A stretch of 64,000 bases of DNA from Schmidtea polychroa. Lineage: Eukaryota. How positions within the stretch are numbered: position 1 is the stretch's first letter; each line of letters begins with the position of its first letter. Both the position numbers and the translations under genes were made by a program. Location: NCBI GenBank assembly GCA_044892525.1, contig CM097885.1:52826001-52890000 (forward strand), written 5' to 3'. Below the pieces are notes generated by a model. It was not told the DNA's origin, ran no database searches, and saw nothing but the letters and a program-made list of their open reading frames with translations. This document shows positions 30,558 to 39,960 of this stretch, in pieces.

Positions 30558-30892
30558 TTAAAATTTATTAACACATTCGCAATCGTCATCTCCACATTTC
30601 ATTATATTTTCAACGACATGATCAATACAATCATTCGTAATATTATCTTTAGGTTCCTCTATAGGTTCATAGATTTCGTCATCAATTTCTTGAGTTTCTT
30701 CATGATTGTCAAATCCTGAATCTTGACTCTCAGCTACCCAGCCGATATTTAAGGCATTTGTAATAGATAATATATCCTCAATTTTTACACCAGCTATTTC
30801 TGCTAACTTTTCCAACAAAAAGTTGATTAATAATTCTAAATAATAAATAATTCGGTATTTAATTAATCATGTTAACCTTTTTCTGTAGTCAT
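30558..30892 (-). CDS. Polinton orphan acidic protein, ~97 aa (exons 30892-30877, 30835-30558)
   Basis: The ORF lacks an ATG; a 41-bp GT-AG intron (30876-30836) joins MTTEK in frame to ELLINFLLEKLAEIAG; D/E-rich with a Cys-rich tail. Confidence 0.6.
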
Positions 30893-31025
30893 TAATAACA
30901 CTTTAAAACTATATTATAAGTTTGTTTATAGATTTTCTTTGTTAAATTTGCATGTCATTTGCATTAATGTTGCAATTAATAAAGAGAAAAAACAAATATG
31001 ACTAATACATTTATCAAATATAACA

Positions 31026-31445
31026 TTAAAATAGTTGTGAAAGTCTAGCAGACATAATTTTCCAAATTGGAGAATACACATCATTATTATCAACTTTATA
31101 TCCTTGGATTGCAATTGTTATATACCAATTTTCGTTTTCTTTGAAACCGATTTCATCAAATGAATCATAAAATCTTGCATATCTGTTGTTGAACCAGGCA
31201 TGTTGATTACAAGATAGATTCGTATTCAACCGTTTGAAAACCTCATCAATAGATTTAACATCTAACATTGAAAGCGTGCCGGATAAGAATTGAAATTTAG
31301 TTGGAATTAGCTTGGTCGGTGACACCAATTTTATATTGATTTCTTCTTTTAAAAAATACATTTTATAGTTGCGGAACATTTGAACAGGTTGTACAAGTTC
31401 TGGAACAACTTTTGGCTTTTCAGTGCTTGAAATTTTCTTTGTCAT
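31026..31445 (-). CDS. Polinton protein, 139 aa, possible OB-fold ssDNA-binding protein
   Basis: Intact ATG ORF; beta-rich C-terminus WYITIAIQGYKV..YSPIWKI recalls viral OB-fold SSBs (pattern impression only); its 5' end is conserved in a second copy at 56580-56665. Confidence 0.6.
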   Translation of the reverse strand: MTKKISSTEKPKVVPELVQPVQMFRNYKMYFLKEEINIKLVSPTKLIPTKFQFLSGTLSMLDVKSIDEVFKRLNTNLSCNQHAWFNNRYARFYDSFDEIGFKENENWYITIAIQGYKVDNNDVYSPIWKIMSARLSQLF

Positions 31446-31732
31446 CGTAAATAATGATTAAAATGAAATGGTACAGGGTTTTTATACCTATGACTATTGT
31501 TTATCAACCAATCAGATTGATGTATGTCTTTGTTTAAATTACATGTCTTTGTTTAAATTGCATGTCATTTGCATTAATGTTTTTATTATAAATATTGTTT
31601 TTTATTATTATTATTTCTAATATTACTATTATTACTTATATTATTTCTATTACTAATATTATTATTTCTATTTCTATTATTTCGATTTACAAAAACAAAA
31701 CAATTCAACATAAAAAAAAAAAAAAAAAAAAT

Positions 31733-32144
31733 TTATTTTGATACAATCTGACTCGAGTGATGATTTCTCAGAGTCTTCACCAAACACCATTCAACATATT
31801 GTTGATAACGGAAATTGCAACAGCTACATCCGAAAATGCAAGGAGCCTCTGGTTTCATTTCTTTCATCCCCTTTCCTATCTTGATATCCCATAGAAAGGT
31901 GTTTATTATATCGAATATCCAGATTCGAGTTTGGTTGTATACCAAATCCGGAATGATAGCTGGATCTCTATCTTGTAGAATTTCATTTAATTCTGGATAA
32001 TAGAAGCATAATCTTTGCAGGATAATTGATTGATATTCATCTGTAAAAAATATATATATATTAATGTAATAATAAAAATTTGAAATTACCATAATTTGCA
32101 TGCTCTTTCATTGAGGTGATTGCGGAACTTTGTATGTTGTACAT
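31733..32144 (-). CDS. Polinton orphan protein, ~120 aa (exons 32144-32090, 32040-31733)
   Basis: A 49-bp intron gtaatt..ttacag joins MYNIQSSAITSMKEHANY to DEYQSIILQRL in frame; CIFGCSCC cluster. Confidence 0.65.
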
Positions 32145-32265
32145 TTTTGTTGAATAAATGACAACTAAACCGAAAACATTTTGTTATAAATAATCATCAG
32201 CCAATTAGATTTTGACCAATCAGAATCATGCATTTTAATTGCATTGAATTTGCAATGATAAATAA

Positions 32266-32730
32266 TTAATTAAGTGATAATAAAAAATCTAAAAATTCTT
32301 TTCCTTCAATTATTGATTTAATTTCAGATATGATATTATCAACTATACATTTGTAATCAATATTTTTTATTCCAAGAATTACTATCTTACCGCTAGCGAA
32401 TATATTTACACACATAGGGTTATATTTTATATATCTCAAAGCTGGAAATAATTCTGGTTCGTAAAAGCATGGTATTAATTTAGCCAAATTATTTAAATTA
32501 CAAGAAAAACCTATATCGGAAGTTACGGTTATCGATTGTATTTCTAAATCATAAACATTATATTCACTAGCTTTGATTATTTCCTTACACCCCATAATTC
32601 TACATTTACCAGTTTTGAAATATATTATTGGATATTTTTTACTTCTATTGATAAGTTGTTGTGGTTTCCCCATTGGAAATACCATTTTTAATACATCAGC
32701 TTTTGCCCTGTAATTTATATTTGAAAGCAT
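32266..32730 (-). CDS. TATA-binding-protein (TBP)-like protein, 154 aa, core domain only
   Basis: Two TBP repeats: IIYFKTGKCRIMGCK and IQSITVT..FYEPELFPALRY..VNIFASGKIVILGIK (canonical YEPELFPGLIY..LIFVSGKVVLTGAK). Confidence 0.93.
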   Translation of the reverse strand: MLSNINYRAKADVLKMVFPMGKPQQLINRSKKYPIIYFKTGKCRIMGCKEIIKASEYNVYDLEIQSITVTSDIGFSCNLNNLAKLIPCFYEPELFPALRYIKYNPMCVNIFASGKIVILGIKNIDYKCIVDNIISEIKSIIEGKEFLDFLLSLN

Positions 32731-32834
32731 TTTAATGAAATAATTATAAAAACTCTGTTATATATAGTTATTTTAAAAAGGAGTTCATTTAAATTATCAA
32801 TATAAACAATAATTATATAGTTTAAATTTAAAAA

Positions 32835-33473
32835 ATGGAATTAAGAAATGATGCAGTATACCAAATCGTTGGTCCGAGTGGTAGTGGAAAAACATTATTT
32901 GTTTGTAAATTACTAAAATCTAATTTGTTCAAAACAAAATTCAACAATATTTATTGGCATAGGGGCGCCGATGAAGAACATGGATTGACTCAATCAAGTT
33001 TCTGTCAATTGAAAAACATGAAAATAGTAAAGGGTTTTGATAAAAACTGGTCAAGTCGTTTGAAAAAAGATGATGTCATCATTATCGATGATTTGTATCA
33101 AGAAGCCAATAAAGAAAAGGATTTTAATAATTTATTCACAAAAATCAGCAGATATGTTGGTGTAACAGTTATTTTCATAACACAAAATCTATTTCATCAA
33201 GGTGGTGCACATCGAACACGTAATTTAAATGTACAATATCTAGTTATTTTCAAGAATCCTAGAGATGCAACTGTCATCGATTTTCTTGGACGACAAGCAT
33301 ACCCTAATAACCGTAATTTTCTTATCAGTGCATTTCAAGATGCTACGAAAATACCTCATGGGTATATATTTCTCGATTTCACACAACAATGTCCTGATGA
33401 TATACGGGTAAAAACAGATATTTTCAACCCAAAAGGTGCCATGGTTTATAAACAAAGTTTAAAACAAATTTGA
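32835..33473 (+). CDS. A32/FtsK-like genome-packaging ATPase
   Basis: Walker A GPSGSGKT, Walker B IIIDD, then SR..ITQNLF and FKNPRD typical of Polinton ATPases. Confidence 0.93.
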   Translation: MELRNDAVYQIVGPSGSGKTLFVCKLLKSNLFKTKFNNIYWHRGADEEHGLTQSSFCQLKNMKIVKGFDKNWSSRLKKDDVIIIDDLYQEANKEKDFNNLFTKISRYVGVTVIFITQNLFHQGGAHRTRNLNVQYLVIFKNPRDATVIDFLGRQAYPNNRNFLISAFQDATKIPHGYIFLDFTQQCPDDIRVKTDIFNPKGAMVYKQSLKQI

Positions 33474-33486
33474 AAACACATAAATC

Positions 33487-33981
33487 ATGTTTTCAAAAAC
33501 AAGGATATCGAGTAAAAAACAACCAAAAGTTCCACCAACAACTAGTTATACTCCATCTAAAGAACTTATTACAGAAAATTTTCCTGCAATGAATCTCATT
33601 TCGAAAAATCCTAAACCTAAAACTAAAAGTAAAACCACTAAGAAAGTAAAAGTTGTTAAAAATCATCGGAGTTTCCCGTTTTTCAATACATTGTTAAAAG
33701 CACCCAGTATGAAAAGAAACAGTATTTTGCAATCTTTTCCAAATTATGTTGTCGATGATTTACTCGATATTATACTTAAAGTAGTCAAAGGTAAGATTAA
33801 AATCAGTAAATCTAAAAAGCAATTATTGAGTAAACATAGGAAACATTTGCTATCATTAGTAAATAATAAAAATCGTCAACAAATGAGAAAAATTATATAT
33901 AAACAACAAGGGGGATTTATCGGTGCATTGATACCTTTAGCAATATCATTATTAGGTAGAATAATAGGAAGTCGATCATAA
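33487..33981 (+). CDS. Basic virion core-like protein with C-terminal amphipathic peptide
   Basis: Very K/R-rich; ends KQQGG-FIGALIPLAISLLGRIIG, a candidate adenain site followed by an amphipathic helix. Confidence 0.75.
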   Translation: MFSKTRISSKKQPKVPPTTSYTPSKELITENFPAMNLISKNPKPKTKSKTTKKVKVVKNHRSFPFFNTLLKAPSMKRNSILQSFPNYVVDDLLDIILKVVKGKIKISKSKKQLLSKHRKHLLSLVNNKNRQQMRKIIYKQQGGFIGALIPLAISLLGRIIGSRS

Positions 33982-33984
33982 ACA

Positions 33985-34212
33985 ATGGGTGCTAATCCTT
34001 CATTACCAGACATTAAATTTAATATTAAATCTTCTTGTTGTAATGGAGAAGATTTGGACGAACCCAGAAGACGAAGCCGGTTTCGGTGGAGTGGCAAAAT
34101 TAAACAAAAGAGTTCCGAATTCGAAAAAGGAAACCCAGAAGTGGTTATCAGACCAGCTTGCGTACAGTTTGAACAAACCAATGCAGAAACGATTCCCAAC
34201 AAGAGTATATAA
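33985..34212 (+). CDS. Candidate small myristoylated protein overlapping the integrase 5' end
   Basis: ATG follows the previous stop after a 3-nt gap, context aaacaATGG; starts MGANPS (MGxxxS), has CC and a basic cluster. Confidence 0.45.
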   Translation: MGANPSLPDIKFNIKSSCCNGEDLDEPRRRSRFRWSGKIKQKSSEFEKGNPEVVIRPACVQFEQTNAETIPNKSI

Positions 34213-34428
34213 AACATGGAATAAATGATTTATGGCAAATGGATTTGATGGAGATGATACCTTATTCGAAAATTAACAATGGGTATAAATATATTTTAAC
34301 ATGTATTGATGTATTCAGTCGGTTTGCCCGAGCAATACCCGTCAAGGCAAAATCTGCAGATGAAATGTCTAAAGCTGTTAATGATTTATTTAAAGATGGA
34401 CATCCTAATAACTTGCAAACAGATTTAG

Positions 34429-34526
<98 letters not shown>

Positions 34527-35156
34527 TTAGGTAAAGAATTCTACAACAGTAAAGTCAAGCAAATCCTCGATAAACTGAAAATAAATCACTACTCGGTACA
34601 TTCTCAATACAAAGCTGCCCATGTTGAAAGATTTAATCGAACATTGAGAGATAGATTAAAGAAATTGTTCGTGCATCAAGGTAATAAAAAATGGGTAAAT
34701 GCTTTACCGAAAATAATAACAAGTTATAATCATTCATCACATCGAGGACTTAATGGATTGAGACCGGTTGATATTACATCAAAAACAATCTTTTCTAAGA
34801 AATCTGTAAAAATTGCAAAACCTTAATATAAAGTCGGTGACCATGTTAGAATTAGTAAAATTAGTGCATCACCATTTATTAAAAATTTCGATACAAATTG
34901 GAGTGATGAAGTCTTTGTAATTTCAAAAATAAATACTAGTCAGAATCCTGTAATGTATGTCATCAGTGATTATGATAACAATATTGTACAAGGAAAGTTT
35001 TATGAGCAAGAATTACAAGTTATTCCTCCCCCAAAAGTATTTAGAATTCAAAAGATATTGAAAACTAAAAAGGTCGGCAAGGATAAACAATTCTATGTCA
35101 AATGGCATGGTTATCAAAACCCATCATGGATATCAGAAAAGGATCTAGTAAAGTGA
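34043..35156 (+). pseudogene. Polinton retroviral-like integrase with C-terminal chromodomain; frameshift at ~34217, in-frame TAA at 34824-34826, intron 34429-34530
   Basis: WQMDL..YILTCIDVFSR..LQTDLG|KEF..HVERFNRTL (DDE), YKVGDHVRISK, NWSDEVF, FYVKWHGY..SWI. Confidence 0.93.
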
Positions 35157-36169
35157 ATTTTTATACTATTTTACCAAGCAATAGTTGCCCGCTTATTCAT
35201 CCAGATAATCAAGCCAGTAAATTCATGGTCAATCTCCAGAATCCGATTTCTTTAAATGGGGACTGGGAAGTTGCACTGCAAGATTTTACATTCGTGTACA
35301 ATACATTCCCATTTTATAGTCAATGTAAGATTGATTTCAAAAAGAATGCTATGAAAACATGTAGCGGTATCTTTATTATCAGTAATTATGATAAAACATA
35401 TCATATTCCAAATCAACTTTTAGATCAGCACTGCTCTATGTTTTACAAGGATGGATTAAATATCAGTTGTGATTTTAAACCATTTACAATAACATTCGAA
35501 TATATTGAAGATGCCAAACGATTGGGTTGCAATAAGTTGAAAAATGAAGTTGTGGAAACGGAATATTTATTACGCTTTAATCTATTTGAAGCAAACAGTG
35601 TAATGAGAGAAGAAATCAAAATATCAGTGTCGTATAATAATGAAGTTGAAGAATCATTCACCTTTGCTGACGAATTATATATTGATAAACTTGATGTGTT
35701 ACTTAAATATTTAAAGTACAATTGTTCACACATATTTAAAAGTTTGGACATTGTGAAAGATTTGATGTTTACCTTCAGTTTGAATGATGATATTTGCGAA
35801 GTTACATTTGATAAAAATTTGACAAATACACTTGGATTAGAGAAGCAGCAATATCGGGAAAAATCGGCTGGTATACGTAAACCAAGAATACTTGAACATC
35901 ATCAACAAATGTTCATATATACTAATATTATTGAGCCTATAATTGTTGGTGATTCCAGTGTTCCTCTTTTGAAATCGGTATGGATTGGAAAATATGAACA
36001 TGATGAAGTTGTCAATATAAATATCGATAATCCCATGTATTTACCAATAGCAAGCTCATGTATAAACAATATAGAAATAAATATTCGTGACGATAGTGGA
36101 AAACTTATAAACTTCCCAAAAGACTCAAAAACTCATTTGACACTACATTTTCGTAAAGTAGATGGCTAA
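35153..36169 (+). CDS. Minor capsid protein (penton, single jelly roll)
   Basis: FYTILPSNS..N..SKF..L..PISLNGDWEVAL and MFIYTNIIEP..VGD..PLL..IEINIRDDSG..LTLHFR. The homologous region starts at GTG 35153 overlapping the integrase stop; an upstream ATG at 35102 is in frame. Confidence 0.9.
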   Translation: MNFYTILPSNSCPLIHPDNQASKFMVNLQNPISLNGDWEVALQDFTFVYNTFPFYSQCKIDFKKNAMKTCSGIFIISNYDKTYHIPNQLLDQHCSMFYKDGLNISCDFKPFTITFEYIEDAKRLGCNKLKNEVVETEYLLRFNLFEANSVMREEIKISVSYNNEVEESFTFADELYIDKLDVLLKYLKYNCSHIFKSLDIVKDLMFTFSLNDDICEVTFDKNLTNTLGLEKQQYREKSAGIRKPRILEHHQQMFIYTNIIEPIIVGDSSVPLLKSVWIGKYEHDEVVNINIDNPMYLPIASSCINNIEINIRDDSGKLINFPKDSKTHLTLHFRKVDG

Positions 36170-36524
36170 TTCCGATATTATTAGTATGTATAGTGATAGC
36201 CAATCTGGCGGTGAATTACCATATTTTATTGGTAAACAGTACGGATCAGGTTGGTTAAAAACAATAGGGAGATTTGCACTTCCTATTCTTAAACGTATCG
36301 GTAGTTTTGGTATGAAAACTGCAAAAGATGTTATTATGAATGAACAGAAAATATTACCATCCCTAAAAACAAATGCTTTAGCTGAGTTAGGGAAGGTTCT
36401 ACCTGGAGTTGCTGGTATGTTTCAAAAAGATACGCCCCCAGCCCCAGCTCCAAAACGTAAAGGACATGGAATATCGCGTATAAACAAACGAATGAAAGGA
36501 CATGGAACTATATTTGCAAAATGA
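36162..36524 (+). CDS. Small conserved Polinton virion protein (core / membrane-lytic candidate)
   Basis: QSGG..PYFIG.QYGSGWLKTIGRFALPILKRIG: Gly-Gly and GxG sites followed by an amphipathic helix; lies between the two capsid genes and overlaps both. Confidence 0.8.
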   Translation: MANSDIISMYSDSQSGGELPYFIGKQYGSGWLKTIGRFALPILKRIGSFGMKTAKDVIMNEQKILPSLKTNALAELGKVLPGVAGMFQKDTPPAPAPKRKGHGISRINKRMKGHGTIFAK

Positions 36525-37744
36525 TTTGTGGTAAATCTGAATTATGTATATTTGATAGACCATCGCCTCAAGCGGTAATCGAATTTGGGGCCTTTGAGGA
36601 AGTTTTTCCTATGAATTCAATTACTGATAGTAGAAATGATATCGAGTTTTATATTAATGGTTCGCAAACTGAATATTTAGATTTGAATGATACTTTATTG
36701 ACTGTTCAGATCAAGGTTGTAGATAAAGATAGAAAAGTTTTGGATGCCAATGCAGATGTAATACCGAACAATTTCATGTTTCATACTCTGTTTAAAGATG
36801 CAGTCTTGGGATTTAATAATATTAAGATTGAGGGCGGAAATAATACATTCATTCACAAGGCTTTGATAGAAACTATTTTAAATTACAATTCTGATACTAA
36901 AAATACCTGTCTTACACCTATGGGTTATGCAGCAACAGATGATGAAAGAAAAAAGTGGGTTAAAGGCTCAAAATCAATCACTATGTGCTCATCATTACAA
37001 CTCGATTTTATGGATCAACCGAAATATTTGCTACCAGGAGTTAATGTACACATTAGATTGAAAAGGTCTGATTCTGCATTATCTCTTACTAGTGCAACTG
37101 GTGCACCAATATGCCAATTAGTTGATGCAAAATTATTTGTGAGAAGAGTTCGAGTAGACCCGTCAGTATTAGCTGGTCATCAATTGGGTCTTAATTCAAA
37201 ACATGCAATTTATCCTTTAAAAACAAAGGAAATTGTACAATTTGCTATTGCTAAAGGTGCTTCATCATTCTATAAAGAACAAATATTTGGTGACAGAAGA
37301 ATGCCTAATTTTATTCTGGTAACATTTCAAAATGAAACGCAATATAATGGATCATATACTGCTTCCAGCTCAATTTTCAAAAATTTTGGTGTTACTTCAT
37401 TGACTTTGTCGAAAAATACTGATTATAGAGAAACATATACTCAAGATTTCGAAAGCGATAATTACTGTGCGACATATATGCAGAGTATTGTTAGAAATCT
37501 GGGTTACTTAGATAAAAACTTGAATTGTGGAATAACTCTAGAAGAATTTAAAAGCAAATATCCATTTTTTACATTTGTTTTAGCCCCTGATTTTGATTTA
37601 AATCAGAGTCAACTACCACAAAACGGGAATTTACGACTGGATATAAAGTTTGCAAAAGCTATTACTGAACCGGTACATGTTATAATATATGGAGTATTTG
37701 AAAATGAAGTTCAAATTACTGCAAATAGAACCGTGCTAGTATAA
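36521..37744 (+). CDS. Major capsid protein (double jelly roll), 407 aa
   Basis: KSELCIF..P.Q, IEFYING..EYLDLNDT, DFMDQPKYLLPGVNVHIRL, C-terminal GNLRLDIKFA..VIIYGVFEN; size and position fit. Confidence 0.92.
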   Translation: MICGKSELCIFDRPSPQAVIEFGAFEEVFPMNSITDSRNDIEFYINGSQTEYLDLNDTLLTVQIKVVDKDRKVLDANADVIPNNFMFHTLFKDAVLGFNNIKIEGGNNTFIHKALIETILNYNSDTKNTCLTPMGYAATDDERKKWVKGSKSITMCSSLQLDFMDQPKYLLPGVNVHIRLKRSDSALSLTSATGAPICQLVDAKLFVRRVRVDPSVLAGHQLGLNSKHAIYPLKTKEIVQFAIAKGASSFYKEQIFGDRRMPNFILVTFQNETQYNGSYTASSSIFKNFGVTSLTLSKNTDYRETYTQDFESDNYCATYMQSIVRNLGYLDKNLNCGITLEEFKSKYPFFTFVLAPDFDLNQSQLPQNGNLRLDIKFAKAITEPVHVIIYGVFENEVQITANRTVLV

Positions 37745-38156
37745 ATGTATACAGAAACACAAAAAGTTGTCATGGAGTAAGTTTTTTGATACTGTTTAAT
37801 TTTATTAAAGTAGTTCTGTTCAGGTTAATCGAATTGGAAAACAAATATTAGGAAATGAATTTGTAGGAGTTTTTCCTCTTGATAAAATTCCTTATTTGAG
37901 CAATAATCAAGCCATAATCATCAATACTCATTCGTCTCATCTTGGTGGAGAACATTGGATAGCTATATATGTGAAACCTAGTAATATATTCGTATTCGAT
38001 CCTATGGGTTTCTATTATCCTGCTTTGTTGATATCAAAACTTCAAACAATTGGGAAACCTATTGTATATAATAAAACTATGTTTCAAAATCTATTGACTC
38101 AAACATGTGGTCAACACTGTTTGGCATGGTTGTTGTATAAAAAATTTGATGGTTAA
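37745..38156 (+). CDS. Adenain-like cysteine maturation protease (~125 aa if intron 37777-37810 is used)
   Basis: FVGVFPLD, IINT..GEHWIA (His), FDPMG (Asp), FQ..TQTCGQHC (Gln/Cys); the 5' exon structure is tentative. Confidence 0.88.
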
Positions 38157-38524
38157 TAAATGTATGATTTTTATTTGTTGACTATTTTAATTATTTGTTA
38201 AATATTATTATTATTATTTGTTAAATATTATTATTATTTGTTTTATTATTTTATTATTTTATTATTTTATGTTTAAAATTTTATGTTTAAAAATATTATG
38301 TAATACTATTACATGTTCAGTGCATGCACAGTGCAAAGTAACAAAGCACTGAGTAATAAAGACATGTAAAGGTCATTATTTCGTCATGGTTTGTATAAAC
38401 AAACATGTAGTGTCTTTTCCTATCCTATCTCTATTTTCATTGGTCGGTTAATAAAACCTGTAATATCTCTCTTATATAGTCTACACTTTCATTTTTTCAT
38501 CACTTTTAAAAATCTATTAGCAAC

Positions 38525-38852
38525 ATGAACAACAACAACAATATTCAAAGAGTTGACGGAAAGATCGTTGGAGGAATTAATGGTAAATTTATTATTTTAT
38601 TATTTTATTATTTTTAATATGATTATTAGGTACTAATCAACAAATTAAAATGAATATCGACGGACAAGCTGTATACATGAATAGAATAAATGGTAATAGT
38701 TTACTCTTATTATCATTATTATTTTTATTATGCTTTTAGATGGAAATGTAATAAATACTTCTGCTGGTGCTGATGCTGGAAAATTTCTTTCGAAAGGACG
38801 AAAATGTAAGTATTTATTTATTGTTATAAGTTTTTAAGTTTTTTTAAACAAT

Positions 38853-38936
<84 letters not shown>

Positions 38937-39791
38937 TAAAAGAAGAAACTTATGAAAAGAAGATTTTTTCATGAAAAGAAGATATTTTAAAAGAAGATTT
39001 ATTTATGAAAAGAAGATATTTTAAAAGAAGATTTATTTATGATGATTTTGAAAGGAAGATTTATGAAAAGAAGATTTATTCATGAAAAGAAGATTTACTT
39101 ATTTATGAAAAGAAGATTTACTTATTTATTTATTTATGATAATTTTTGAAAAGAAGATTTATTCATGAAAAGAAGATTTATTCATGAAAAGAAGATTTAC
39201 CTATTTATTTATTTATGAAAAGAAGATTTACTTATTTATTTATGATAATTTATGAAAAGAAGATTTACTTATTTATTTATGATGATTTTGAAAAGAAGAT
39301 TTACTTATTTATTTATTTATGATGATTTTGAAAAGAAGATTTATTCATGAAAAGAAGATTTACCTATTTATTTATTTATGAAAATGAATTAAATTATTTA
39401 TGAAAACGAATTAAATTATATATATTTTATAATATTTTTTATAAGATACTATTTAAAAGATAATTTTGAATAATATCTTACGAAAAATATCTTAAACTTT
39501 AAAAATGATTATTATCTTAATATTTTTTAAACATTTTATGATAAAAATATTTTCATAGGTTTGAAATACCAAAACCTTTGTAATAGTCAATATCATAATG
39601 ACTGCGATGATATAATGGAAAGATATTATAGTCATAAATATAACGGTGTCACCTACATCCTATGCCCTAAATGTGAGGTTATTGAAGTTATAACGTATAA
39701 GGAATTTTATAATAAGCATAGACTCCATCTCCAACAATTTAAACCTTCTAAGAAGTCTCTTTTCTATAGCTTATATGAATCGTTTGTTAAC

Positions 39792-39858
<67 letters not shown>

Positions 39859-39911
39859 TCAACAATAATATCAACAACAATAATAATAATAATAATAATA
39901 ATATCAACAAC

Positions 39912-39960
<49 letters not shown>

